The notes: a model not told the origin generated them from the sequence alone. A DNA stretch of 64,000 bases from an uncultured Actinomycetota bacterium (GCA_963849885.1 CAWKIV010000002.1:71993-135992), one strand, 5' to 3'; shown: positions 36,405-45,795, counted from the first letter of the stretch. Program-made: numbers and translations.

Positions 36405-36780
36405 CCCCCGGCGGCTGATCCCGGGCGGCTGACCCGGGCGCTGACCGGGCCGCTGATCCCGGGCGCTGACCCGGGCCGCTGACCCGGGCGCTGACCCGGG
36501 CCGCTGATCCCGGGCGCTGACCCGGGCGGCTGACTCGGCCGGCTCATCCCGGCCGCTCATCCCGCCGCCCCCTCGGCCGCTGACCCCGCCCGTCCATCCC
36601 GGCGGCTGACCCCGCCCGTCCATCTCGGCGGCTGATCCGGCGGCTGATCTCGCGGCTCGCCTCGGCCGCTGACCCCGTCCGTCCAGCCCGGCGGCTGACG
36701 CCGGCCGTCCCGGCGGCTGGCCCCGGCGGCTGGCCCGGCGGCTGGCCCTGGCGGCTGACCCGGCCGGTGACCCGGCCACC
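36405..36780. repeat. Degenerate short tandem repeats built on GCTGA(C/T)CCGGGC(G/C), 13-nt core, CCCGGG-containing
   Basis: Read directly from the sequence. A tight 13-mer array runs from about 36411 to 36545 (gctgacccgggcg / gctgatcccgggc ...). It then loosens into 20-30-nt variants (cggcggctgaccccgcccgtccatc ...) up to about 36780. No frame is credibly coding. Confidence 0.8.
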
Positions 36781-36819
36781 TGCCGTTGGCTGCTCCGCCG
36801 GGCAGGATGCTCGGCCGCC

Positions 36820-37180
36820 GACTGGTGCTCTGCCTCGCGGGCTGAGGCCGGCCGGTGACCTGGCGGCTCACCGGCCGGTGACTGGTGCTCTGCCTCGTGG
36901 GCTGGGGCAGCCGGGCAGGGTGACTCGTCCGGGCGGCTAGTGCTCTGCCTCGTGGGGTGGGGCAGGCAGGCAGCGGGTGGAGGTGACTGTCCGGGCGGCT
37001 AGTGCTCTGCCTCGTGGGGTGGGGCAGCGGCAGCGGGGGAGGTGCTGGGGTGGCAGGTGCTCTGCCTCGGGGTGGGGCGCTGGGCTGGGGGTGGTGTGCC
37101 TCGTTGGGTGGGGCACTGCGGCTGGGGAGGGGTGTCCGGTGGGTGGGGTGGTGGTGTGCCTCGGTGGGTGGGGCAGAGCA
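36820..37180. repeat. G-rich periodic repeat, about 55-62-bp period, core GTGCTCTGCCTCGTGGGGTGGGGCAG
   Basis: Core copies start at 36825, 36885, 36940, 37002 and 37057, with diverged copies at 37093 and 37153. The intervening segments also resemble each other (gtgactcgtccgggcggcta / gtgactgtccgggcggcta). Many GGGG-N-GGGG runs lie on the plus strand. Confidence 0.8.
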
Positions 37181-38187
37181 CTAGTCGCGCGGGGAGTGAG
37201 TGTCCGCCGGCCGGGTGGGGTTCGTCGCGGCGGTGAGGGCGGCGCGGGCGGCGGTGCCGAGTGGTGCCCGGTCGGCGGCGAGGTCGGCGAGGCGCAGGCA
37301 GCGGAGGGCGGCGCGGGGGAGCAGCGCGGCCCACTCCTCGGCGACCGCGAGCGGGTGCAGTGGGTCGTCGGCGAAGGCGACCAGCCCGACCGGGACGGCG
37401 AGCGCCGCCAGCTCGGCGGCCGACGGACCCGCGGACCGCGCCGCCGCGCGCAGCGTCGGGGCCAGCAGGTCGCCGTACGCCGGCCAGGCAGCGGCGAGCT
37501 CGTCGGCGACCCAGCCCACGCCTCCGGCCCGGGCCGCGGCCAGCGCGCCGGCGACGCCGAGCCGGTCCACCTGGTCCGCCGCCGCGCCGGTCGCCGCGGC
37601 CACCGCGCCCGGCGGCCCGGTCCACGCCGGCAGCGCCAGCAGCAACCCCGCCAGCCCCACCGGCCCCCCGCCTCCACCTGACCCGGCCGACCCACCCGAC
37701 CCGGCCGGCCCACCTGATCCGGCCGGCCCACCTGACCCGGCGGGCCCACCCGGCCCGGCTGGCCCACCTGATCCGGCTGGCCCACCTGATCCGGCTGGCC
37801 CACCCGGCCTGGCCGACCCACCGGGCGCCGGCCCACCGCGGCGCCGCCCGGCCCGGCGGACCCGGCGGGTCCGGCGGACCCGGCGGGCCCGGGTGGGCGG
37901 GTCGGTGCGGGGTGGGGGGTGGTGCGGTGGGCGGCCCAGCGGGTGGCGATGTGGGCGCCGAGCGACACGCCGCCGACCAGCCGCAGCCGCGGACCGTACG
38001 CCTCCAGTGCCGCGTCGAGCGCGGCCACGGCCTGGTCGACCACGGACGGTCCGGGCACCGGCGGCACCGCGACCACCTCGTGGTCGGCCAGCGCCGGCCC
38101 GAACGCCCGCCGGAGGAAGTCCGCGGACGACCCGGCGCCGGCCAGCAGCACCGCCACCGGAAGCGTCACCGGACCATCCTGGGCCAC
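37181..38187 (-). pseudogene. Alpha/beta hydrolase interrupted by an 18-bp repeat expansion; N- and C-terminal halves in different frames as assembled
   Basis: The N-terminal half, from GTG 38187, reads MAQDGPVTLPVAVLLAGAGSS...LVGGVSLGAHIATRWAA (GxSxG nucleophile elbow). A repeat tract follows. The C-terminal half, GLAGLLLALPAW...LVAFADDPLHPLAVAEEWAALLP (track ORF 37181..37660), is in the -1 frame. Confidence 0.6.
37672..37895. repeat. 18-bp tandem repeat (ccacctgatccggcYggc, about 9 copies) followed by a 15-bp repeat, inside the hydrolase gene
   Basis: Read directly from the sequence. On the minus strand it encodes (GQPDQV)n-like and (GPAGSA)n-like low-complexity peptide. Confidence 0.85.
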
Positions 38188-38234
38188 CAGCGGGACTCCC
38201 GGGCCGCCGGCCCCGGATGCCTTACCCTGGCGGG

Positions 38235-38627
38235 GTGAGCGAGACGCCCGTGCCGGTGCGCCGCGGCTGGCTGGGCCGGGTGCTGAGTCGGCTGACCGAG
38301 GACGATGCCGCCCTCGACGCCGAAGTCCTGCTCGACGACGTCGAGCAGCGCGGCGCCAAGCCGGTCGCGACCTGCGCGCAGGGCCAGCCGGTGGTCGTCA
38401 CCGGCCGGCTCCGGTCGGTCGTCTACACCCCGCGCGACACCGTGCCGACCGTGGACGCCGAGCTCTTCGACGGCTCCGGCTCGGTGCACCTGGTCTGGCT
38501 GGGTCGCAGCCGGATCGCCGGCATCGAACCCGGCCGGGCGCTGGTCGCCCGCGGCCGGGTCGCGGAGCAGGACGGGCTCAAGGTGATCTTCAACCCCTGG
38601 TACGAGCTGAAGCCGGTCGGCGCGTGA
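38235..38627 (+). CDS. OB-fold nucleic-acid-binding domain protein
   Basis: GTG 38235 (or ATG 38217) at the end of shadow ORF 37200..38627. The sequence VVVTGRLRSVVYTPRDTVPTVDAELFDGSGSVHLVWLGRSRIAGIEPG matches the conserved gene upstream of DUF3159 and trkA. Confidence 0.8.
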   Translation: MSETPVPVRRGWLGRVLSRLTEDDAALDAEVLLDDVEQRGAKPVATCAQGQPVVVTGRLRSVVYTPRDTVPTVDAELFDGSGSVHLVWLGRSRIAGIEPGRALVARGRVAEQDGLKVIFNPWYELKPVGA

Positions 38628-39328
38628 CCGCGGACGCGCAGCCGGAGCCGGCCGGCTCCCGGCCGAAGCCGCTGCTGGTCGAGTCGATCGGCGGCTGGCG
38701 CGGGCTGGTCGACAGCGGCCTGCCGGTGGTGGTCTTCGTGGTCGCCAACGCGCTCGCCGGGCTGACCGCGGCGATCTGGGCCGCCATCGCGGCCGGCGCG
38801 GTGCTCTTCGTGCTGCGGCTGGTCCGCCGGGAGACCGTGCAGCAGGCGGTCAGCGGCTTCCTGGGCATCGCGGTGGCGGCGTTCATCGCGTCACGGACCG
38901 GGGAGGCGAAGGGCTTCTTCCTGCTCGGCATCTGGGCCAGCTTCGTCTACGCCGGCCTCTTCGCCGCCTCCGTGCTGGTGCGGTGGCCGCTGGTCGGGGT
39001 GATCTGGGAGTACGTCGACGGGGCCGGCGGGGAGTGGCGGCGCGACCGGCGGCTGATGCGGGTCTACACCTGGACCACGCTGGTGTGGGTCGGCGTCTTC
39101 CTGTCCCGCGGGCTGGTGCAGCGCTTCCTCTACGAGGAGGACCGGACCGGCTGGCTGGCGGTGGCCCGGCTGGCGATGGGCTACCCGCTGACCGTCGGCG
39201 CGCTGGCGGTGTCGGTGCTCGCGGTCCGCCGGGTCCGCCGGCTGACCGCGCTGCCGACCGCGCCGGAGGACTTCGACCTGGTCCCCGACATCGCCCCGCA
39301 CCAGCCCCCGCGGCGTACGGACGACTAG
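38624..39328 (+). CDS. DUF3159 membrane protein
   Basis: GTG 38624 overlaps the upstream stop (GTGA), at the end of shadow ORF 37919..39328. The product is multi-TM (GGWRGLVDSGLPVVVFVVANAL...). Confidence 0.85.
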   Translation: MTADAQPEPAGSRPKPLLVESIGGWRGLVDSGLPVVVFVVANALAGLTAAIWAAIAAGAVLFVLRLVRRETVQQAVSGFLGIAVAAFIASRTGEAKGFFLLGIWASFVYAGLFAASVLVRWPLVGVIWEYVDGAGGEWRRDRRLMRVYTWTTLVWVGVFLSRGLVQRFLYEEDRTGWLAVARLAMGYPLTVGALAVSVLAVRRVRRLTALPTAPEDFDLVPDIAPHQPPRRTDD

Positions 39329-39993
39329 CAGCTGCCGTTTCCGCAGACCAGCTGGCGCAGCCGGGTCTCCACGTCCTGCACGGCGACGAAGAGCAGCTCG
39401 TCGCCGCCCTCCAGCGGCTCGTCCGGGCCCGGCACGACCACCCGGCTGCCGCGCACGATCGCCACCAGCGCGGCGTCCCGGGGCAGGGCCATGTCCCGCA
39501 CCGGCCGGCCGATCACCGGCGCGGTGGGCGGCAGCGTGATCTCGACCAGGTTGGCCTGCCCCTGCCGGAACGTCATCAGCCGCACCAGGTCCCCGACCGA
39601 CACCGCCTCCTCGACCAGGGCGACCAGCACCCGCGGGGTGGACACCGCGACGTCGACGCCCCACGCCTCGGTGAACAGCCACTCGTTGTCCGGGTTGTTG
39701 ATCCGCGCCACCACCCGGCGCACCGCGAACTCGGTCTTGGCCAGCAGCGACACGACCAGGTTGACCTTGTCGTCGCCGGTCGCGGAGATGACCACGTCGC
39801 AGTCCTGCAGCCGGGCCTCCTCCAGGGAGGACAGCTCGGCCGCGTCCGCGGTCAGCCACTCGGCCCGCGCCACCCGGGCCGGCTCGACCTTGTCCGGGTC
39901 GCGCTCGATGAGCATCACCGAGTGGCCGTTCTCGATCAGCTCGCCGGCGATGGACCGGCCGACCGCGCCGGCACCGGCGATGGCGACCCGCAT
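39325..39993 (-). CDS. trkA: TrkA-family potassium uptake protein (NAD-binding)
   Basis: ATG 39993 within track ORF 39325..40302. It reads MRVAIAGAGAVGRSIAGELIENGHSV, followed by an RCK_C-like C-terminus. Confidence 0.9.
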   Translation of the reverse strand: MRVAIAGAGAVGRSIAGELIENGHSVMLIERDPDKVEPARVARAEWLTADAAELSSLEEARLQDCDVVISATGDDKVNLVVSLLAKTEFAVRRVVARINNPDNEWLFTEAWGVDVAVSTPRVLVALVEEAVSVGDLVRLMTFRQGQANLVEITLPPTAPVIGRPVRDMALPRDAALVAIVRGSRVVVPGPDEPLEGGDELLFVAVQDVETRLRQLVCGNGSC

Positions 39994-40661
39994 CAGGAGG
40001 CCTCCGCCCGCGGGGCGGCCGCGGCGATCTCCTCGACCGCGTCCGCGATGTCGTCGGTCACCAGGACGTGCACCTGGTCGCCGTCCTGCAGGACGGTCGA
40101 GGACGTCGGCAGGATGCCCTTGCCGAAGCGGGTGACGAACGCCACCCGGGCGCGGCTGGCCGCCTCCAGCTCGCCGACCCGGTGCCCGATCCAGCCCTCG
40201 TCGAGCACCACCTGGACCAGCGCCACCACCCCGGACGGGTCGCGCCAGTCGATGACGTGCTTGTCGCCGAGCAGGACGGCCAGCAGCCGGTGGGTGGTCC
40301 ACGGCACGGTGGCCACCGTGGGGATGCCGAGCCGCTCGTACACCTCCGCGCGCTTCGGGTCGTAGATCCGGGCGACCACGTGCGCGACGCCGAAGGTCTC
40401 GCGGGCCACCCGGGCGGCGATGATGTTGGAGTTGTCGCCGCTGCTCACCGCGGCGAACGCGCCGGCCCGGCCGACCCCGGCCCGGCGCAGCGTGTCCCGG
40501 TCGAAGCCGACGCCGGTGACCTGGTCACCGGCGAAGTCGGGCCCCAGCCGGCGGAAGGCAGCCGGGTTCTGGTCGATGATCGACACGGTGTGCCCGGCCC
40601 GCTCCAGGTTGCGGGCCAGGCTCGAGCCGACCCGGCCGCAACCCATCACCACGATGTGCAC
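39993..40661 (-). CDS. trkA: TrkA-family potassium uptake protein (NAD-binding), second subunit
   Basis: GTG 40661 (VHIVVMGCGRVGSSLARNLERAGHTV), at the C-terminal end of shadow ORF 39993..42995. The stop overlaps the ATG of the downstream trkA gene by 1 nt. Confidence 0.9.
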   Translation of the reverse strand: MHIVVMGCGRVGSSLARNLERAGHTVSIIDQNPAAFRRLGPDFAGDQVTGVGFDRDTLRRAGVGRAGAFAAVSSGDNSNIIAARVARETFGVAHVVARIYDPKRAEVYERLGIPTVATVPWTTHRLLAVLLGDKHVIDWRDPSGVVALVQVVLDEGWIGHRVGELEAASRARVAFVTRFGKGILPTSSTVLQDGDQVHVLVTDDIADAVEEIAAAAPRAEAS

Positions 40662-40739
40662 GATCACCGACGCTACCGCCTCCCGACCGGCCCGGCGAGG
40701 CACGCCGACGGGTGGTTGCCCGGCCGTACGATCGTTGGC

Positions 40740-42852
40740 GTGTCTCTGCTGACGAGGGTCACCAAGCGGCTGGTGATCGGCCGTCCGGTCAGCAGTGACC
40801 GGCTCGGGGAGACCGCGCTGCCCAAGCGGATCGCGCTGCCGATCTTCGCCAGCGACGCGCTGTCCTCGGTGACGTACGCGACGCAGGAGATCCTGCTCGT
40901 GCTGACCGTCGCCGGCACCGCGTACCTCTTCGTGGCGCCGTGGGTGGCCGGCGCGATCGTGCTGCTCTTCGCGATCGTGGTGGCGTCGTACCGGCAGGTG
41001 GTCCGGGCGTACCCGTCCGGCGGCGGCGACTACGAGGTGGCGACGAAGAACCTCGGCCGCTTCGCCGGGCTGACCGTGGCCAGCGCGCTGCTGGTGGACT
41101 ACGTGCTGACCGTCGCGGTGTCGGTGTCGGCCGGCGTGGACAACATCATCTCTGCCATCCCGGACCTCAACCCGTGGCGGGTCGGGATCGCGGTCGGCCT
41201 GGTCGGGCTGCTCGCCGCGGCCAACCTGCGCGGGGTGCGGGAGTCGGGCACGGCGTTCGCCATCCCGACGTACGCGTTCACCGCCGGGGTGCTGGTGCTC
41301 ATCGCGACCGGGCTGCTCCGGGCGGTCTTCGGCGACGCGCCGCAGGCCGAGAGCGCGGGCTGGGCGATCGAGCCGGAGCCCGGGTACGACCAGCTGGCCG
41401 GCTTCGCGCTGCTGTTCTTCGCGCTGCGCGCGTTCTCGTCCGGCTGCACCGCGCTGACCGGGATCGAGGCGATCGCGAACGGGGTGCCCGCGTTCCGGCC
41501 GCCGAAGAGCCGCAACGCGGCCGCCACCCTGGCCATGCTCGGCCTGCTGGCGATCACCATGTTCAGCGGAATCACCGCGCTCGCCCTGGTCGCCGACGTG
41601 CACGTCGCCGAGAACACCTGCGACCTGGTCGGCTTCCCCGGCGACTGCGCCACCGACCCGCAGCGCACGGTCATCGCCCAGCTCGGCGCGGCCGTCTTCG
41701 GCGGCGACTCGTCCATCGGCTTCTTCTACATCCAGGCCGTCGCGGCGCTGATCCTGGTGCTGGCCGCGAACACCGCCTTCAACGGCTTTCCGCTGCTGGG
41801 CTCCGTGCTGGCCCAGGACCGCTACCTGCCGCGGCAACTGCACACCCGCGGCGACCGGCTGGCCTTCTCCAACGGCATCATCGTGCTGGCCGGCTTCGCC
41901 ATGCTGCTGATCTGGGCCTTCGACGCGTCGGTGACCCGGCTCATCCAGCTCTACATCATCGGCGTCTTCACCGCGTTCACGCTCGGCCAGTGGGGCATGG
42001 TCCGGCACTGGAACCGGGCGTTGCGTACCGAGCGCGTCCCGCAGGAGCGGCGCCGGATCGCCCGGTCCCGGGCCATCAACGCCACCGGCGGCACCTTCAC
42101 CGCCGTGGTGCTGGTCATCGTCACCGTGGAGAAGTTCCTGCTCGGCGCGTGGATCGTGGTGATCGCGATGCCGGTGATCTTCTGGACCATGCGCTCGATC
42201 AACCGGCACTACACCCGGGTCGCGGAGGAGCTGGTGCCGGACGAGCAGGGCGGGATGCTGCCCAGCCGGGTGCACGCGATCGTGCTGGTCTCCAAGCTGC
42301 ACAAGCCGACCCTGCGGGCGCTGGCGTACGCACGGGCCACCCGGCCGGACACGCTGACCGCACTGACCGTGAACGTCGACTCGGAGGACACCCGCGCGCT
42401 GCTGGAGGAGTGGGACCGGCGGCGGATCCCGATCCCGCTGACCGTGGTCGAGTCGCCGTACCGGGAGATCACCCGACCGATCCTCGGCTACGTCAAGCGG
42501 CTGCGGCGGGAGAGCCCGCGGGACGTGGTCGCGGTCTTCGTCCCCGAGTACGTGGTGGGGCGCTGGTGGGAGCACCTGCTGCACAACCAGAGCGCGCTGC
42601 GGCTGAAGGGCCGGCTGCTGTTCACGCCGGGCGTGATGATGACCAGCGTGCCGTGGCAGCTGCGGTCCTCGGACCGGGCCGCGCGGCGGCCGGAACGGGC
42701 CGGGGTGGGTTCGGTACGGCGCGGGCTGCGCGGGCCGGTGGCGCCGGACGCTCCGCTGCCGGGCCTGCCGGCCGGACGGGCGGTCCGGGCCGGCGGCCGG
42801 CGGCGATCCGCAGGCGCCGCCGGTCGGCGCCGGCCGCGACCAGAGCCCGTGA
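40740..42852 (+). CDS. APC-superfamily amino-acid/polyamine permease with cytoplasmic C-terminal domain; no in-frame stop in the literal sequence
   Basis: GTG 40740 (VSLLTRVTKRLVIGRPVSSDRLGETALPKRIALPIFASDALSSVTYATQEI) inside track ORF 40068..44123, with about 12 TM helices. The frame runs on without a stop into the methyltransferase. The end given here (TGA 42850-42852) is in the +1 frame and assumes a 1-nt insertion near 42790-42800 (see findings). Confidence 0.7.
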
Positions 42853-44123
42853 GCGGGCCGCACCGCCGCCGGTCGCCCCGCCCGGCGCGGGTGGGTCCGT
42901 GGCTGGGGCGGGAGCTGGAGCTGGACGTGGGCCCGGTCGCCCACGGCGGGCACTGCGTGGCCCGGGCCGAGGGCCGGGTGGTCTTCGTCCGGCACGCCCT
43001 GCCCGGCGAGCGGGTGGTCGCCCGGGTCACCGAGGACGGCGGCGGCTCGTTCTGCCGGGCCGACGCGATCCGGGTGCTAGCCGCCGCCCCGGACCGGGTC
43101 GACCCGCCGTGCCCGCACGCCGGTCCCGGCCGCTGCGGCGGCTGCGACTGGCAGCACGCCTCCGGCGCGGCGCAGCGGGCCGGCAAGGCCGCGGTGGTGC
43201 GGGAGCAGCTGGCCCGGCTGGCCGGCCTGCCGGACGTGCCGGTGACCGTGGAGCCGCTGTCCGCCGAGCTGCTCGGCTGGCGGACCCGGGTGCGGTACGC
43301 GGTCGGCCCGGACGGGCGCACCGGCCTGCGCCGGCACCGCTCGCACGACCTGGAGCCGGTCCGGCAGTGTCCACTCGGGACGGACGCGGTGGCCGCGGCC
43401 GCGGTGGGGGAGCGGACCTGGCCGGCCGGCGGCGAGGTCGAGGTGGTCGCCTCGACCGGCGGCGACACCGCGGTGCTGCACTGGGCCGCCGCCGCCGCCG
43501 CCGCGGCGGCCGGGCCGGTGCTGGTGGCCGGGCCGGAGACGGTGCGGGAGCGTGCCGGCGGCCGGGAGTGGCGGGTCGCCGCGACCGGCTTCTGGCAGGT
43601 GCACCCGGCCGCCGCGGACACCCTCGCCCGCTGCGTGCTGGACCTCCTCGGTCCGCGGCCGGGCGAGACCGTGCTCGACCTCTACGCCGGCGCCGGGCTC
43701 TTCGCCGGGCTGCTCGCCGCCGCGGTCGGCGCAGGCGGCGCGGACGGCGCAGGCGGCGCAGGCGGCCGGGTCGTGGCGGTCGAGGCCGACCCCCGCGCCG
43801 CCGCGGACGCCGCCGCCAACGTGCCCGGCCTCGAGGTGCGCGCCGCCCGGGTCAGTCCCGGCCTGCTCGGCGGGCTGGGGCTGCGGCCGGACCTGGTCGT
43901 GCTCGACCCGCCGCGGTCCGGGGCCGGCGCCGCGGTGCTCGGCGCGGTGCTGGCGCTCGCCCCGCGCGCGGTCGCCTACGTCGCCTGCGACCCGGCCGCG
44001 CTGGCGCGCGACCTCCGGGTCGCCGTCGACGCCGGCTGGGCGCTGCGCGGGCTCCGCGCCTTCGACCTCTTCCCGATGACCCACCACGTCGAGACGGTGG
44101 CATTGCTGTGCCCGCCGACCTGA
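42849..44123 (+). CDS. TRAM-domain class I SAM-dependent RNA methyltransferase (TrmA/RlmD family)
   Basis: This is the C-terminal part of track ORF 40068..44123. It has the TRAM/OB segment LELDVGPVAHGGHCVARAEGRVVFVRHALPGERVVARVTE, a Cys cluster CPHAGPGRCGGCDWQH, SAM motif VLDLYAGAGLF and the terminal YVACDPAALARD. The start is GTG 42849 (GTGA with the +1-frame TGA) or GTG 42891. Confidence 0.8.
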   Translation: MSGPHRRRSPRPARVGPWLGRELELDVGPVAHGGHCVARAEGRVVFVRHALPGERVVARVTEDGGGSFCRADAIRVLAAAPDRVDPPCPHAGPGRCGGCDWQHASGAAQRAGKAAVVREQLARLAGLPDVPVTVEPLSAELLGWRTRVRYAVGPDGRTGLRRHRSHDLEPVRQCPLGTDAVAAAAVGERTWPAGGEVEVVASTGGDTAVLHWAAAAAAAAAGPVLVAGPETVRERAGGREWRVAATGFWQVHPAAADTLARCVLDLLGPRPGETVLDLYAGAGLFAGLLAAAVGAGGADGAGGAGGRVVAVEADPRAAADAAANVPGLEVRAARVSPGLLGGLGLRPDLVVLDPPRSGAGAAVLGAVLALAPRAVAYVACDPAALARDLRVAVDAGWALRGLRAFDLFPMTHHVETVALLCPPT

Positions 44124-44521
44124 CCGGCTCCGTGCCGCCGTGGTGGCCGGACGCCGTCCGCCGTCCCGACGCGCCGGAGTGGGAGCGCAGCGCGGTGAGC
44201 TGGCTGCTGGACCAGGTGCCGGGGGAGTGGCGGGCGCACGAGGTGCTGCGCCGGCACCCGGTGCTGCTGGCCCGGCTCGCCGCCGGCCAGACCGCGGCCT
44301 CGCTGGAGGCGGCCCGGGAGGGCTGGCGGACGCTGCGCCGGGACGTCGGCCGGGAGCTGCCGCCGGAGGTGGTGGAGGCGGCGATGGCCGCGTACGAGCA
44401 GGAGGGCGGCCGGCTGCGCGAGCTGGGCCGGGAGGTGGACGCGGTGCGGGAGGCGCTGCGCGGGCGGCGCTGGGTGCCGGGCGCCGGGCGGTGGGCCGAC
44501 CCGCCGCGGTCCGCCGGCTGA
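44108..44521 (+). CDS. Hypothetical protein
   Basis: GTG 44108, at the end of shadow ORF 40940..44521. The sequence looks coherent and helical (WERSAVSWLLDQVPGEWRAHEVLRRHPVLLARLAAGQTAASLEAAREGW). I recognise no family. Confidence 0.5.
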   Translation: MPADLTGSVPPWWPDAVRRPDAPEWERSAVSWLLDQVPGEWRAHEVLRRHPVLLARLAAGQTAASLEAAREGWRTLRRDVGRELPPEVVEAAMAAYEQEGGRLRELGREVDAVREALRGRRWVPGAGRWADPPRSAG

Positions 44522-44532
44522 GCCCGGCCGGC

Positions 44533-45795
44533 TCAGCCGGGGGCGGCGCAGGCGAGCGTGCCCAGCGGGTCGCCGAGCAGCGGCGCGAACGCCAGCTCGG
44601 CCGCGCCGACCAGGCTGGAGTCCGCGCCCAGCCCGGGCAGCGCGAGCCGCACCTGCTCGCGCGGCGCGGTCAGCGCGGCGGCCAGCTCGGCCCGCACGTA
44701 CGGCTCCATGACCGGGAACGTCGCCCGGGTGAGCCCGCCGAAGACGATCACCTCGGGGTTGAAGATGTTGACCAGGTTGGCCACCCCGATGCCGAGCCAG
44801 CGGCCGACCACGCGCATCCCGGCCGCCGCCGCCGGGTCGCCGATGGCCAGCGCGGCCAGCACGTCGTCCAGCCCGCCGCCGGGGACGCCGCAGGCCCGCA
44901 GCACCGCGTCCAGCCCGACCTCGGTCTCCCAGCAGCCGCGCCGGCCGCACCGGCACCGCCGGCCGGCCGGGTTGACGGTCATGTGCCCGATCTCGCCCGC
45001 GTACCCGCCGGCCCCGGTCAGCGGCCGCCCGCCGAGGATGAGCCCGCCGCCGATGCCGACCTCGCCGGACAGGTAGATCGCGTCCGAGGCGCCGGCGGCG
45101 ACCCCGCGCAGGTGCTCGGCGACCACGCCGAGGTCGCCCTCGTTGCCCACCGCCACCGGCACCGCGGTGCCGAGCTCGGCGGCCAGCAACCGGCCGAGCG
45201 GCACGTCCTCCCAGCCGAGGTTGGGGGCGAGCCGGACCGTGCCGGCGCCGACGATGCCGGGCACCGCGACGCCCACCCCGACCGGCGGGGTGCCGGCCGC
45301 GGCGAGCAGCGGCCCGGCCTGGGCCCGCAGCCGGCGGAGCACCGCGGCGACGGTGCCGTCGTCGCGGGCCAGCGGCTCCTGCCGGCGGTCCAGCACCACG
45401 CCGCCGAGCCCGATCCGGGCGGTCGCCAGGTGCTCCACGCCGATGTCCACGGCGAGCACCCAGACGTGCTCGGACCGCGGCTCGACCAGGATCGACGGCC
45501 GGCCGGCGCCGCCCCGGCCGACGGTGGCGGCCTCCCGGACCAGGCCGGCCTCGGCCAGCTCGGTGGTCAGCGCGCGGACCGTGCTGCGGTTGAGCCCGCT
45601 CTCCGCGGTCAGGTCCGAGCGGGAGGTGGGGCCGCGCACGTGCAGCAGCCGGAGCAGGCCGCCGAGGTTGTGCCGGCGGACCTCCTGGGTGGCGGCGGCG
45701 GACCGGGCCGGGGCGTGCCCGATCCCGCCGCCGGACGCCGGCCCGCCCCCGGCGGACCGTGGTGGGCCGGCGGCCGACCGGCGGGCTGCGGGCAC
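44533..45795 (-). CDS. ROK-family transcriptional repressor (NagC/XylR-like)
   Basis: Track ORF 44533..45795. An N-terminal wHTH (NLGGLLRLLHVRGPTSRSDLTAESGLNRSTVRALTTELAEAGLV) precedes a ROK sugar-kinase-like body with CRCGRRGCWE. The exact start is uncertain. Confidence 0.85.
   Translation of the reverse strand: MPAARRSAAGPPRSAGGGPASGGGIGHAPARSAAATQEVRRHNLGGLLRLLHVRGPTSRSDLTAESGLNRSTVRALTTELAEAGLVREAATVGRGGAGRPSILVEPRSEHVWVLAVDIGVEHLATARIGLGGVVLDRRQEPLARDDGTVAAVLRRLRAQAGPLLAAAGTPPVGVGVAVPGIVGAGTVRLAPNLGWEDVPLGRLLAAELGTAVPVAVGNEGDLGVVAEHLRGVAAGASDAIYLSGEVGIGGGLILGGRPLTGAGGYAGEIGHMTVNPAGRRCRCGRRGCWETEVGLDAVLRACGVPGGGLDDVLAALAIGDPAAAAGMRVVGRWLGIGVANLVNIFNPEVIVFGGLTRATFPVMEPYVRAELAAALTAPREQVRLALPGLGADSSLVGAAELAFAPLLGDPLGTLACAAPG

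Noticed and set aside
36820-37180. CRISPR-like appearance: a 26-nt core recurring every 55-62 bp.
   Set aside because: The segments between cores are similar to one another rather than unique, and the cores themselves are degenerate. No cas genes are present, and the flanking tract is a continuum of other tandem repeats. I therefore call it a minisatellite-type repeat, not a CRISPR array.
40068-40739. Using the track start at 40068 for the permease ORF, which would add 224 N-terminal codons.
   Set aside because: That extension lies antisense to the two well-supported trkA genes and is junk-like. The family-typical N-terminus (VSLLTRVTKRLVIGRPVSSDRLGE) begins at GTG 40740.
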